Counted from the first letter of the stretch, positions 26,471 through 35,671 are shown. The stretch: DNA of 36,807 bases from an uncultured bacterium (GCA_903832855.1 CAILDB010000009.1:1-36807); one strand, 5' to 3'. Notes: generated by a model not told the origin, from the letters alone. A program made the numbers and translations.

Positions 26471-26494
26471 GTATGAATTATTAAATTAAAAAAA

Positions 26495-27373
26495 ATGAAA
26501 TCAAATAAATTGAAAATAGCATTACCAGCAGGTAGTTTAAAAGAACCAACTATTGAATTATTAAAAAAAGCTGGTTTTAAAATAAGTATTAAAGATCGCT
26601 CATATATTCCAACAATAGATGATGACGAGATAGAATGTATGCTTATTCGTGCCCAAGAAATTTCTCGCTATGTAGAACAAGGAAAATTTGACGTTGGTAT
26701 TACAGGCAAAGATTGGATTGAGGAAAATGACAGCAAAGTAAAAGAAATTACTGAATTGAAATATTCTAAAAAAAGCACAGTTCCTATGAGTCTTGTTTTG
26801 GCTGTTCCAGAATCTTCAAAAATTAAAACTATTAAAGACCTTGAAGGAAAAACGATTGCCACAGAGCTTGTAAATATTACAAAAAAGTTTTTGAAAAAAA
26901 ATAACATTAATGCAAAAGTAGAATTTTCATGGGGTGCAACAGAATCAAAACCACCTTATCTGGTAGACGCTATAGCTGAACTTTCTGAAAGTGGAGCCTC
27001 ACTTCGAGCAAACAATCTAAGAATAATAGAAACAATCTTTCAATCAACAACAAGAATTATTGCAAATGAATCAAGTTATAAAGATGACTGGAAACGTCAA
27101 AAAACTGATATGTTTGCGCTACTTCTTAAAAGTGCACTAGATGCCGAAGGTATAGTAGGACTAAAAATGAATGTTCCTAAAGAAAAAATAAAACAAATAA
27201 TTGAGTGTCTACCGGCACTTCGCAAACCAACAGTCTCGAAGCTTACAGAAAATAATTGGTGTTCAGTCGAATCAGTCTTACCAGAGGTAGAGGTAAAAAA
27301 TATTATTTCTAAATTAATCAAATTGGGAGCAGAGGGTATCGTCGAATATCCTATTAATAAAATAATATACTAA
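26495..27373 (+). CDS. hisG: ATP phosphoribosyltransferase, long form with C-terminal regulatory domain
   Basis: [11 protein letters not shown]-terminus, [10 protein letters not shown] and a PRPP-loop region. The 292-aa length is typical of long-form HisG. Confidence 0.85.
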   Translation: MKSNKLKIALPAGSLKEPTIELLKKAGFKISIKDRSYIPTIDDDEIECMLIRAQEISRYVEQGKFDVGITGKDWIEENDSKVKEITELKYSKKSTVPMSLVLAVPESSKIKTIKDLEGKTIATELVNITKKFLKKNNINAKVEFSWGATESKPPYLVDAIAELSESGASLRANNLRIIETIFQSTTRIIANESSYKDDWKRQKTDMFALLLKSALDAEGIVGLKMNVPKEKIKQIIECLPALRKPTVSKLTENNWCSVESVLPEVEVKNIISKLIKLGAEGIVEYPINKIIY

Positions 27374-27378
27374 ATTAT

Positions 27379-27705
27379 ATGGAAATAAAACCAAACTTTG
27401 ATAAACGCGGTGGGCTGTTGCCTGTCATTACCCAAGATGAGAAAAGTAGGGAAGTGCTGATGCTTGCATATGCAAATCAAGAAGCTTATGAATTAACATT
27501 GAAAACTGGTATTGCCACATACTACTCAACTTCACGTAATGAAATCTGGGTGAAAGGAAAAACAAGTGGTGATACGCAAATCATTAAAGAGATACTTATT
27601 GATTGTGATGAAGACGCTTTGTTGTATAAAGTTATTCAACAAGGTAAAGGAGCTTGTCACACAGGTGAAAGGACCTGTTTTTACCGTAGTATAAAAATTA
27701 ATTAA
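27379..27705 (+). CDS. hisI: Phosphoribosyl-AMP cyclohydrolase (monofunctional HisI)
   Basis: GLLPVITQD..., [11 protein letters not shown] and [11 protein letters not shown]...[12 protein letters not shown] motifs. At 108 aa it has no HisE domain. Confidence 0.88.
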   Translation: MEIKPNFDKRGGLLPVITQDEKSREVLMLAYANQEAYELTLKTGIATYYSTSRNEIWVKGKTSGDTQIIKEILIDCDEDALLYKVIQQGKGACHTGERTCFYRSIKIN

Positions 27706-27713
27706 AAAAATAT

Positions 27714-28223
27714 TTATAAAACAAAAGGAAATAGCTCCAGTATTTTTTCTGTTGTTTCTGCTAATTGATTATCAAATAAAAGATAATCCTTCAAATCATC
27801 GAAAGAAACCCATTTATACGACCTAATTTCGGCTTCTTGCAATTTAATTTCACTATCTTCACCAATAAATTTAAATCCAAAAAAATATCGCTCTGACCCA
27901 TCATATTCAACACCGTTGCGAATCAATTTTTTTGTCCTAAACTTGATTTTAAGCGATTCTTTGCAGAAACCAAGAAGCTCAAGAGATTGTTTCCCTATTC
28001 CAAGCTCTTCTTTGATCTCTCTATACCCAGCCTCTTCCAATGTTTCTTTCTGTTCTAATCCTCCACCAGGTATTACAAAGAAATGTGTTTTAAAAGACTC
28101 TAGGTTAACGAGTAGAAATTCATTTTTATTATTTATTATTAAAGCTGAAACACCTTTTCTAAAAAGCTGTTTACCCAATGTTTTTGGTGTGATTTCTTCT
28201 GATTGTAGTTTATTACCATCCAT
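27714..28223 (-). CDS. Nudix hydrolase
   Basis: Nudix box GGGLEQKETLEEAGYREIKEELGI. Confidence 0.85.
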   Translation of the reverse strand: MDGNKLQSEEITPKTLGKQLFRKGVSALIINNKNEFLLVNLESFKTHFFVIPGGGLEQKETLEEAGYREIKEELGIGKQSLELLGFCKESLKIKFRTKKLIRNGVEYDGSERYFFGFKFIGEDSEIKLQEAEIRSYKWVSFDDLKDYLLFDNQLAETTEKILELFPFVL

Positions 28224-28229
28224 ACTCGA

Positions 28230-28238
28230 AGTATAGCA
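28230..28238 (-). promoter_or_regulatory. Extended -10 TGCTATACT (minus strand), 6 nt before ATG 28223
   Basis: The complement of AGTATAGCA reads TGCTATACT, followed by N6 and the ATG. Confidence 0.5.
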
Positions 28239-28377
28239 AATTATGGCTAATTTACGAGAAAACAGGTTCTAACTTCCTCTAGCCAGAGGAGGAGCCGATA
28301 ATATAGTCCTTTAATTATATTTTTTTCTACGATTTACCTAACGGCGATTTTTTGACTAGCTTTTCGAACGTTGGAAC

Positions 28378-28386
28378 TGGTATAAT
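28378..28386 (+). promoter_or_regulatory. Extended -10 TGGTATAAT, 8 nt before ATG (leaderless)
   Basis: TGGTATAAT-N8-ATG(28395). Confidence 0.55.
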
Positions 28387-28394
28387 AAACGCTT

Positions 28395-29273
28395 ATGATA
28401 ACTACCATAGAAAACAAACCAAGGGCATTAATTTTTGTTCTTGTATGTATCGTCTTCTGGTCATTTGCTGGAGTTGCTTCAAAATTAGGGCAGCAACATT
28501 TAGATAACTATCAATTTTTATTTTGGTCTAGTCTACTTTCCTTTGTAGTTTTACTCATAAGTACAATTATAGTTGGAAAATTTAAATATTTTAAAAGTTA
28601 TACCTTAAAACAATTTTTTATAGCTATTGGTCTTGGATTTCTGGGAACTTTTTTATACTATCTCCTTCTCTACTTTGGCTATGCCCATGCGAAAGGACTA
28701 GAAGTTTTAGTAATTCAATATACCTGGCCGATTTTTATCGTTATTTTCTCCGTTTTATTTTTAAGGGAAAAAATAACATGGAAAACTATTCTAGCCATTA
28801 TTTTGGGCTTCTTTGGAGTATTAATAGTTTTAACAAAAGGCAATTTTGCATCTATTAATTTAACAAGTTTTTCAACCGATTTTGTCGTTTTATTTTCAGC
28901 TATAATCTTTGGTATATTTTTGGTCTTAAGTAAAAAGGTAGAATTTGAACCTTTTTCTGTAACAACATTATTTTTTCTTTCCGCGACTATATTTTCGTTT
29001 TTCTCAATGTTAATTTTTTCTAGTTTTGCCACACCAGTAAAAAGTGAACTAATTCCGATTTTAGGAAATGGTATATTTATCAATGGCCTTTCTTATGTTC
29101 TATGGCTTAAAAGTTTGAGTTATGCTAAGGCATCATTTATCGCACCGTTTGTTTTTTTAGCACCAGTTTTAGCGGCTATTTTAATCGTTCTTTTTTTTCA
29201 TGAAATATTTTTACCAGTTTATATTGTAGGTTTATTTTTAGTGATTTGTGCGGGGATTATCCAGAATTCCTAA
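28395..29273 (+). CDS. EamA/DMT-family transporter (10 TM)
   Basis: 292 aa and hydrophobic throughout, with two EamA-like halves. Confidence 0.8.
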   Translation: MITTIENKPRALIFVLVCIVFWSFAGVASKLGQQHLDNYQFLFWSSLLSFVVLLISTIIVGKFKYFKSYTLKQFFIAIGLGFLGTFLYYLLLYFGYAHAKGLEVLVIQYTWPIFIVIFSVLFLREKITWKTILAIILGFFGVLIVLTKGNFASINLTSFSTDFVVLFSAIIFGIFLVLSKKVEFEPFSVTTLFFLSATIFSFFSMLIFSSFATPVKSELIPILGNGIFINGLSYVLWLKSLSYAKASFIAPFVFLAPVLAAILIVLFFHEIFLPVYIVGLFLVICAGIIQNS

Positions 29274-29308
29274 CTACAGGGTTTTATCGTACTAACAGCT
29301 CGATTGTT

Positions 29309-30040
29309 TTAGCAGTTCAAACCAAGAAAGTATTTATTTACAAAATCATTAATTATAATAAGCGCCTTTTTTTGTTTTTCATTAGCAACTTTTTTAGTGT
29401 TCTCGATTATTTTCCTTAATGTATTGATGTCCTGTTTTTCATTATCGAGTAACTCAACTTTGATCTTATAATTAGTATGTAAATTTTTATATTCACGCAA
29501 CACAGCTTCAAGAGGATTTTGTTCACATCTCGCAATTTTTTTTATTGTATTAAAAATAAAACCTACAAAGAAGTCTATACGATAATCTGTATCTACTTGT
29601 ACTTTTTTCGGATTATAACTCGTTGTATTTATTATAGGTAAATCAACACCAAACAACTTTTTTCCTTCACTTGATATATAGGATGTTGATAGAGGGCATA
29701 AATAAATATCTACTACCGTTATTGCTTTGTTAGATTGTATTAATAATGCAGTATGTACGCCGTTAATTGGAGCATTTTGAGGTGGTTCACATAAGTGTAT
29801 TATTTCACCCAAAAGCCCGTAATATTTAAAACGGTTTTTGGATACTTCATCAAAATCTTCATCTTTAAATGTAAACCAAATATCGATATCGCTGTGTGCG
29901 TCTGTTTGTTGCCGTGCAATTGATCCAAATACATGAGCTTCAATTGCCTTATCTGTAAATATAGTCTCCAATTTCTTAAAGATATTTTCTCGAGCCGAAA
30001 CAAGCTGAGTTTCTAATTCTAATTGATTGACTGTTTTCAT
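29309..30040 (-). CDS. Nucleotidyltransferase (Pol-beta superfamily, ANT/MNT-like)
   Basis: HVFGSIARQQTDAHSDIDIWF fits the G-S-x(n)-D-x-D NTase motif, with a helical C-terminal domain. The start at 30040 is supported by TGATATAAT-N7-ATG. Confidence 0.7.
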   Translation of the reverse strand: MKTVNQLELETQLVSARENIFKKLETIFTDKAIEAHVFGSIARQQTDAHSDIDIWFTFKDEDFDEVSKNRFKYYGLLGEIIHLCEPPQNAPINGVHTALLIQSNKAITVVDIYLCPLSTSYISSEGKKLFGVDLPIINTTSYNPKKVQVDTDYRIDFFVGFIFNTIKKIARCEQNPLEAVLREYKNLHTNYKIKVELLDNEKQDINTLRKIIENTKKVANEKQKKALIIINDFVNKYFLGLNC

Positions 30041-30047
30041 AATTAGA

Positions 30048-30056
30048 ATTATATCA
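30048..30056 (-). promoter_or_regulatory. Extended -10 TGATATAAT (minus strand), 7 nt before ATG 30040
   Basis: The complement of ATTATATCA reads TGATATAAT. Confidence 0.55.
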
Positions 30057-30142
30057 TCTATTAAAGAGTGTTGCTTTTTAAATATTAATATATTGCTATA
30101 ATACAAATAACAAAAAAGCAATTATAAGTTAATAGAATAATT

Positions 30143-30547
30143 ATGTCTGAACATACTAAAATAAAAAATAAAAATAATGAGACTATAAAAGCAGGTTGTG
30201 TGGTTTTGAATGAGAATATGGAAGTATTACTTGTAAGTAGTGATGGCGGGAAAATATGGACATTTCCAAAAGGACACGCTGAAAACAAAGAAACCCTTGA
30301 GGAAGTTGCTTTGCGTGAAGTAAAAGAAGAAACAGGTTGTGAAGTTGAAATTTTGAAAAGATTATCTGACTTAACATACACACACGGACAAACCGGTGAA
30401 CTTATACGAGTAGCTATGTTTAAATCAAAACCTGTAAAAAAGATAAACGAAGGAGAAAAAGATATTCAATCTAAGTGGTTCTCGTTAGAAAAAGCAGAGA
30501 AAGCTCTATATTCTAATTTAGCCTTTCTTTTAAAAGAATTAAACTAG
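30143..30547 (+). CDS. Nudix hydrolase
   Basis: Nudix box GHAENKETLEEVALREVKEETGC. Confidence 0.85.
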   Translation: MSEHTKIKNKNNETIKAGCVVLNENMEVLLVSSDGGKIWTFPKGHAENKETLEEVALREVKEETGCEVEILKRLSDLTYTHGQTGELIRVAMFKSKPVKKINEGEKDIQSKWFSLEKAEKALYSNLAFLLKELN

Positions 30548-30587
30548 TCAAAATAAGGACGGGTTTATTCTCACCAACTCTATTTTG

Positions 30588-30596
30588 TGTTATTAT
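30588..30596 (+). promoter_or_regulatory. Extended -10 TGTTATTAT, 7 nt before ATG (leaderless)
   Basis: TGTTATTAT-N7-ATG(30604). Confidence 0.5.
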
Positions 30597-30603
30597 CAAA
30601 CCT

Positions 30604-31107
30604 ATGAAAAAAGTGATCAAATCAATGATGGAAACTCGACAGATGGGGACTATTCCTTACACTTACTATGAAGATACTGATCCAATACAAGATCTGGATA
30701 ATAAAATTCTGCAAGGTGTGCATGCTTATTGTTTTTACAATGGTAAACTTGTGATTGTCTATGATGGACAAAAGAAATCATGGACTCCAGCAGGCGGACA
30801 TATAGAAAAAGGAGAAACTATTGAAGAAGCTGTAATTCGAGAAGTAAAAGAAGAGGCAAATATGAAAGTCCTGCATCAAGAGCTTATCGGATTTATCGAT
30901 GTTGAAGAATCAAAGGATAGGACCATCAGACAAACTCGTTCTTTTTGCATTGTGGAACCCTACGGACCTTTCATATGTGATCCTGACGGCGATATTACTG
31001 AGATAAAACTCATTGACCCAAAAGATTATAAAAAGTATTTTGATTGGGGTGAAGTGGGTGATAGAATAATGGAAAGGGCGTTGGAATTGTTAAAAGATTT
31101 AAAATAA
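30604..31107 (+). CDS. Nudix hydrolase
   Basis: Nudix box GGHIEKGETIEEAVIREVKEEANM. Confidence 0.85.
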   Translation: MKKVIKSMMETRQMGTIPYTYYEDTDPIQDLDNKILQGVHAYCFYNGKLVIVYDGQKKSWTPAGGHIEKGETIEEAVIREVKEEANMKVLHQELIGFIDVEESKDRTIRQTRSFCIVEPYGPFICDPDGDITEIKLIDPKDYKKYFDWGEVGDRIMERALELLKDLK

Positions 31108-31112
31108 CAGAT

Positions 31113-32000
31113 ATGGAACAACAACCTAACAAAGAAGTAATTAAAGAATCATCGCTAGAGTATTATTATGATCTAGAAACTGAGGTCAATTTGTTTTTTA
31201 CATGGCTATTTAAACGAAATAAAAAAAATCATAGAGACAGTATATATAAAAGTTTCCCAGAGCTTGCAGAAATTCATAAAAATCCAGAACAGTTATCTGA
31301 GCAAGAAATTCATTCTAAAATAAAGAAAGCAATTTTAGATTTTAGAGAGAAATATGCCGATAATATTAAACAAGCTGAAGCTAATATCATTTCTGAATTA
31401 CCTGCAATAGATGAAGGCATAAAATCTCTAGAAAATTTAATGGGAGAAATAGAACATTTCAAATATCTTGTTATGCCTTCGGTCTACCCAAGCTGTCCAT
31501 TTGATGTTAAAAGAAATTTATTTTATTTTTCTATTACAGAGGTCAAGGTTGGAAAAACTAAGTTTGATGGATTATCGTCCACTGCTCCACACGAAATTTC
31601 TCATTTTATTTTTTTCCGCCAAATTAAATCTATTCCTAATAAACTATCTGACATTGGGGTTCATCATCTAAAGGAAGTTTTGACCCCAGTACTTTTACAG
31701 CAACCGGATATGATTAAACATAGAAAAGATAGCTATGTATGGGGAAACACAGAGTCAATTGATTACAAAGTTGAAGTAAATGGGGAAGTTATGAGAATAT
31801 TTGATTATGTAAATAAAGAGTACCTTAAAAATCCAACACCTGAAGGATATATGCCTTTTTTACTTTGGCTCATTCGTTTATTTGAGAAAATGGAACCAGA
31901 AATTATAAAACGCGATAAACTTTTTTCCGAAAATGGAAGAAAGATTTTTTTTGACCTTGAACTAAAAGCTAAATTTATGGAACCAATCAAGTTAGAATAG
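31113..32000 (+). CDS. HExxH (gluzincin-like) putative metallopeptidase, paralog 1
   Basis: PHEISHFIFF, then a conserved LKEVLTPVLL about 27 aa downstream. Paralogous to 32748-33491. Confidence 0.55.
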   Translation: MEQQPNKEVIKESSLEYYYDLETEVNLFFTWLFKRNKKNHRDSIYKSFPELAEIHKNPEQLSEQEIHSKIKKAILDFREKYADNIKQAEANIISELPAIDEGIKSLENLMGEIEHFKYLVMPSVYPSCPFDVKRNLFYFSITEVKVGKTKFDGLSSTAPHEISHFIFFRQIKSIPNKLSDIGVHHLKEVLTPVLLQQPDMIKHRKDSYVWGNTESIDYKVEVNGEVMRIFDYVNKEYLKNPTPEGYMPFLLWLIRLFEKMEPEIIKRDKLFSENGRKIFFDLELKAKFMEPIKLE

Positions 32001-32007
32001 CCTTAAT

Positions 32008-32751
32008 ATGCTTGAAGAAAACAAAGATATTTTCATATTTAAAAAGGTACCAGCTTCCACAGGGCAGGTCTTATATTTTTTAGGTATGAGACATACAAAT
32101 AATCCTGCTGATGTAGAATTTAATCAGTTGAAGCAATCTTGGGATGAGTTTTTTAATATTTCTAAAACTGAACGCGTTGTATTTACTGAGGGAACTATTC
32201 GTGCAACATCACCAAGTTATGAAGATTCAATCATTCAACATGGAGAAGCTGGTGCAATGCAGTGGTTGGCAAATGAAAGTAGTGTCGCATGTGTTTGTCC
32301 TGAGCCGGATAGTAATGAACAGCGAAGAGTTCTTTGTACTTCATTTGATCCAAAACTTGTAGCTTATACGATGATTGCTCAAAATCTTACTTCTTGGTAT
32401 AGGCATACAAATCAATCAAGTTTTGATGAAGCTTTGAACAAAGTTATAGAAAGAGAGGCAAAATTTGCAGATATTTATGGCTTTGTCTGTGACAAGATTT
32501 GGTTTTTAGAGCAACATAAAAAGCTATTTGGTGAGCAGAAACTGGATGACAAAAAATTTCTTGACTTGATTACTGATCCGAGAAAAAATGATACTGTAAT
32601 AAATACGATTGTCGCCTTGAGAACAAAAAAACGAAATGAGCACATTTTTGGGGAGATAAATAATGCATGGAAATCAGGAAAGAGTATTTTTGCTGTCTAT
32701 GGTAAGGGGCATCTCGTAGCTTTGGAAGATTTATTGAAAAATATAAGATGA
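32008..32751 (+). CDS. Tiki/TraB/GumN/erythromycin-esterase-superfamily-like protein (putative)
   Basis: Motif order is GMRH (GxxH), VVFTEG (Glu), RNEH, then a C-terminal YGKGHL (GxGH). This matches the pattern of that superfamily. Assignment is from motif memory only. Confidence 0.45.
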   Translation: MLEENKDIFIFKKVPASTGQVLYFLGMRHTNNPADVEFNQLKQSWDEFFNISKTERVVFTEGTIRATSPSYEDSIIQHGEAGAMQWLANESSVACVCPEPDSNEQRRVLCTSFDPKLVAYTMIAQNLTSWYRHTNQSSFDEALNKVIEREAKFADIYGFVCDKIWFLEQHKKLFGEQKLDDKKFLDLITDPRKNDTVINTIVALRTKKRNEHIFGEINNAWKSGKSIFAVYGKGHLVALEDLLKNIR

Positions 32752-33491
32752 AAAATAATTTACCTAAAGTAATTTTCAAACAAATGCCGTTAGAGCTTGA
32801 ATCTGAAATGATTCTTGAATTTTTGGATACGAATTGGAGCGGTAAAATTACAAAGAAATTTCCGGAGTTTTTGAAAATTAGTAAAATTTCTGACAAGAGA
32901 GAAAAGAAAAAAGCTATCAAGAATTTAATCGTCCAGATAAGGGAAAAACTCAAAGAAAAAATGAGTTGGGGATTAAAAGTTATAAAATCCGATTGGCAAA
33001 GGATGGAAAAAGATTGTTTAGAAAGATTGTCAGAAATAATACAGACGGACTGGCCGGAAAAAGAAATAACCGCCTACATATCAATTAATCCAATCTGTCC
33101 GAGATTCCTTGATACATGGAGCTTTTTTGTGTCCCAAGATAACAAAAATTCAAATATTATCATAGCTCACGAAATATCTCATTTTCTTTATTTCAAAAAG
33201 TTCAAAGATGTTTTTCCTAAAATTGAGAAAGATAAATACGAATTTCCGAATAAAGAGTGGTTACTTAGTGAGATAACGACGCCCATAATATTAAATGATT
33301 CAAGAATGCAAGAAATTCTTGGTGGAAAAGACGGTTTTTATATAGAACATAGAAATCTAAGAATTGGTAATGAGTTACTAACAAAAGTTATAGAAAATCT
33401 TTACATAAATTTTGTCATCAAACAAAAAGATTTTTCTAGTTTTATTAGAGAGAGCTTAAAAGTAATAAGGAGGGTAGTTATTAAAAATTAA
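32748..33491 (+). CDS. HExxH (gluzincin-like) putative metallopeptidase, paralog 2
   Basis: AHEISHFLYF, then LSEITTPIIL. It shares the FPE(L/F), xREK and PxCP blocks with 31113-32000. 4-nt overlap with the upstream gene. Confidence 0.55.
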   Translation: MKNNLPKVIFKQMPLELESEMILEFLDTNWSGKITKKFPEFLKISKISDKREKKKAIKNLIVQIREKLKEKMSWGLKVIKSDWQRMEKDCLERLSEIIQTDWPEKEITAYISINPICPRFLDTWSFFVSQDNKNSNIIIAHEISHFLYFKKFKDVFPKIEKDKYEFPNKEWLLSEITTPIILNDSRMQEILGGKDGFYIEHRNLRIGNELLTKVIENLYINFVIKQKDFSSFIRESLKVIRRVVIKN

Positions 33492-34051
33492 TGAAACAAA
33501 TAATTTATATCATTCCCGGATTTGGTGAGAGTCTAAAAGATAAGCCATATTTGGAATTGATAAAATATTTTGAATCAAAAGGTTTAAGGGTTGTTTTTTA
33601 TCAACCAAAATGGAAATGGAATACCATTAAAAAATGGTTAGATGATTTTCAAAATTTGTTAGAGAAAGATGATACTCAAGATTCAGTGATTTTAGGTTTT
33701 TCGTTTGGTGCTGATATTGCCGTCTTATCTACAAAAACTCATAATTTTTCAAAATTAATTCTGTGTTCCATTTCTCCGTATTTCAAAGAAGATATTAAGT
33801 ATTTACCTACATTGGCTGAAAAATATTTAGGAAAAAAGAGAATGAAAGCATTTCAAAAACAAGATTTTCCCAAGAATACAATAATTTCGGCAATATTTTT
33901 GTCTGGTTCGGAAGAAAAGGTATTATTTCCAAATAGTAATAGAAAATATTTTGATTTATGGAAAGGGGACAAAAAATATATAATTGTCTTAAATTCAGGA
34001 CACGATATCTCTACTCCAAACTATATAAAAGAGATAAAAGACCTTTTCTAA
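33491..34051 (+). CDS. Alpha/beta hydrolase-fold protein
   Basis: GFSFGADIA (GxSxG) and a C-terminal SGHD. TAATG start-stop overlap with the upstream gene. Confidence 0.65.
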   Translation: MKQIIYIIPGFGESLKDKPYLELIKYFESKGLRVVFYQPKWKWNTIKKWLDDFQNLLEKDDTQDSVILGFSFGADIAVLSTKTHNFSKLILCSISPYFKEDIKYLPTLAEKYLGKKRMKAFQKQDFPKNTIISAIFLSGSEEKVLFPNSNRKYFDLWKGDKKYIIVLNSGHDISTPNYIKEIKDLF

Positions 34052-34129
34052 TTTTTTTATCTGTCACTTCTTCCTAAAATAGCTCTTGTTAGATGATGAA
34101 TCGTTTCTTCTAGCTTTTCAAAATATGAA

Positions 34130-34492
34130 TCAATTATTTTTATTATTATTTTTAGACAATATTTTAATTTTATTTTCACTAAATTTATCAAGATCGTATA
34201 AAAAAACATGTAGCATTTCATGTAGTAAGACATATTCTTCATCTCCTCTCCAAGGATCCCATGTCATCAGTATTGTAGCGGTTTTTTTCTTTATATCTGC
34301 AATAAAATGTCCACTTTGACGATAACCATTATCTTTTTTAAAATCAACGATTATTAACTTAAATTTCCAATCATTCATATCAAGTTTCTTCTGCCAAAGC
34401 CCCAACATCTTTTTTAGTTCAACAAAAGACAGCCCTTTTTTAGCAGGTGGATTAAAATCAACAATCAGATCTTTCTCTATTCTCTTTTTCAT
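34130..34492 (-). CDS. Small SprT-like HExxH zinc metallopeptidase (putative)
   Basis: YVLLHEMLHV near the C-terminus. The preceding WKFKLIIVD...ATILMT layout resembles SprT-like domains. Confidence 0.45.
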   Translation of the reverse strand: MKKRIEKDLIVDFNPPAKKGLSFVELKKMLGLWQKKLDMNDWKFKLIIVDFKKDNGYRQSGHFIADIKKKTATILMTWDPWRGDEEYVLLHEMLHVFLYDLDKFSENKIKILSKNNNKNN

Positions 34493-34511
34493 ATCTTAGG
34501 TATAAGTATAG

Positions 34512-35123
34512 TTAGGAATATAAAGTCTCAATTATTTTAATTAATTCAGGAAAGTCTTCAATATTAAAATGTCCCTTATCATCAAAAACCGTTGCTGTTG
34601 CTTTAGGTATATTTTCTTTATAGGTCTCAAAATCAGCAAATGGCACGACTTTATCATCTGTGCTGTGGAAAAGAAATATTTTGTCTACTTGATCTGTTAT
34701 TTTTTTGAAATCATCGTTAAATGAAAAATCTGTATTTAGATTATGTTTATTTTCTTTCCCATTATAGGGCGTGGCTATGAGAATGAGAGATTTGATTTTT
34801 CTAGGAAATATTGATTCTGACAAATATTTGACCAAAAACAAACCACCTAATGAATTCCCAATTAAAGTGACATCATCGTTTAAGAAGGGTAGAAGTTTCT
34901 CGAACCAAACTTTCCACGCCACATATTTGGCGTCTTCTTTATTTGGCATTTTTGGAGTAAATATTTCAAATTTATCACCTAATTCCTTCACAAGAGTATC
35001 TTTCCAATTTTTTCTTGGTTTAAAATCATCTATGGTAACTTTTCTCTTCTTAAGCTGGACCAAAAAGTCATCCTTGATATCAAAGATATTACCCCCATGG
35101 ACAATTACAATTTGTTTTTTCAT
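34512..35123 (-). CDS. Alpha/beta hydrolase (YdeN/RBBP9-like serine hydrolase)
   Basis: IVIVHGG, GNSLGG (GxSxG), HSTDDKVV and KGHF catalytic-triad contexts. The start at 35123 is supported by TGCTATATT-N6-ATG. Confidence 0.7.
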   Translation of the reverse strand: MKKQIVIVHGGNIFDIKDDFLVQLKKRKVTIDDFKPRKNWKDTLVKELGDKFEIFTPKMPNKEDAKYVAWKVWFEKLLPFLNDDVTLIGNSLGGLFLVKYLSESIFPRKIKSLILIATPYNGKENKHNLNTDFSFNDDFKKITDQVDKIFLFHSTDDKVVPFADFETYKENIPKATATVFDDKGHFNIEDFPELIKIIETLYS

Positions 35124-35129
35124 ATTAAA

Positions 35130-35138
35130 AATATAGCA
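35130..35138 (-). promoter_or_regulatory. Extended -10 TGCTATATT (minus strand), 6 nt before ATG 35123
   Basis: The complement of AATATAGCA reads TGCTATATT. Confidence 0.5.
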
Positions 35139-35153
35139 TAATTTATAAAAATG

Positions 35154-35162
35154 TGGTATCGT
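35154..35162 (+). promoter_or_regulatory. Weak extended -10 TGGTATCGT, 8 nt before ATG 35171
   Basis: TGGTATCGT-N8-ATG. Confidence 0.35.
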
Positions 35163-35170
35163 TTTGACAA

Positions 35171-35665
35171 ATGAACAAGGAAGCATTGGGTGTAGACATA
35201 GGAAATGTAATTATAGATCATCGTCTGATAAGTAAAGAGGAGGCAAAATTACTAGAAGAAAGATATTCAACTATTCCTGCGACAGATGGTGTGTTTGATT
35301 GCCTTAAAAAATTAAATGATGAAAGATTTCATGGAAATATTTTTCTAATTTCTAAATGTACTCCGTGGGCCAAAGAAAAAGTTTCGGCTTGGTTTAAAGA
35401 CAACGATTTCTATAATAAAACTGGAGTAAAACCAGAAAATGTTTTTTTCTGTCAGGAACGCTCCGAAAAAGAAAAAATTTGTAAAGAAAATAATATTACT
35501 CACTTTGTAGACGATCGCCTTGAAGTTTTAAGCTATATGATAGATAAAGTGCCTAATTTGTTTTTATTTAAACCCAATGAAAAGGAAGTTGAAGAATTTA
35601 AACAGTTTTTACCGAAAGTTATCATGGTGGAAAGCTGGGGCGAGGTCTTAAATAATATTTTATGA
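35171..35665 (+). CDS. HAD-like fold protein with degenerate motif I (putative)
   Basis: GVDIGNV replaces the usual DxDxT. LISKC and HFVDDR resemble HAD motifs II and IV. Confidence 0.4.
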   Translation: MNKEALGVDIGNVIIDHRLISKEEAKLLEERYSTIPATDGVFDCLKKLNDERFHGNIFLISKCTPWAKEKVSAWFKDNDFYNKTGVKPENVFFCQERSEKEKICKENNITHFVDDRLEVLSYMIDKVPNLFLFKPNEKEVEEFKQFLPKVIMVESWGEVLNNIL

Positions 35666-35671
35666 TATACT
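35663..35671 (+). promoter_or_regulatory. Extended -10 TGATATACT overlapping the upstream stop, 7 nt before ATG 35679
   Basis: TGATATACT-N7-ATG. This is the same arrangement as at pilB and the receiver gene. Confidence 0.5.

Noticed and set aside
26183-26494. A T-box riboswitch or a classical His-rich leader upstream of hisG.
   Set aside because: No T-box consensus or specifier-loop architecture is seen, and the only small ORF has a single His codon. It is retained only as an attenuator-like candidate.
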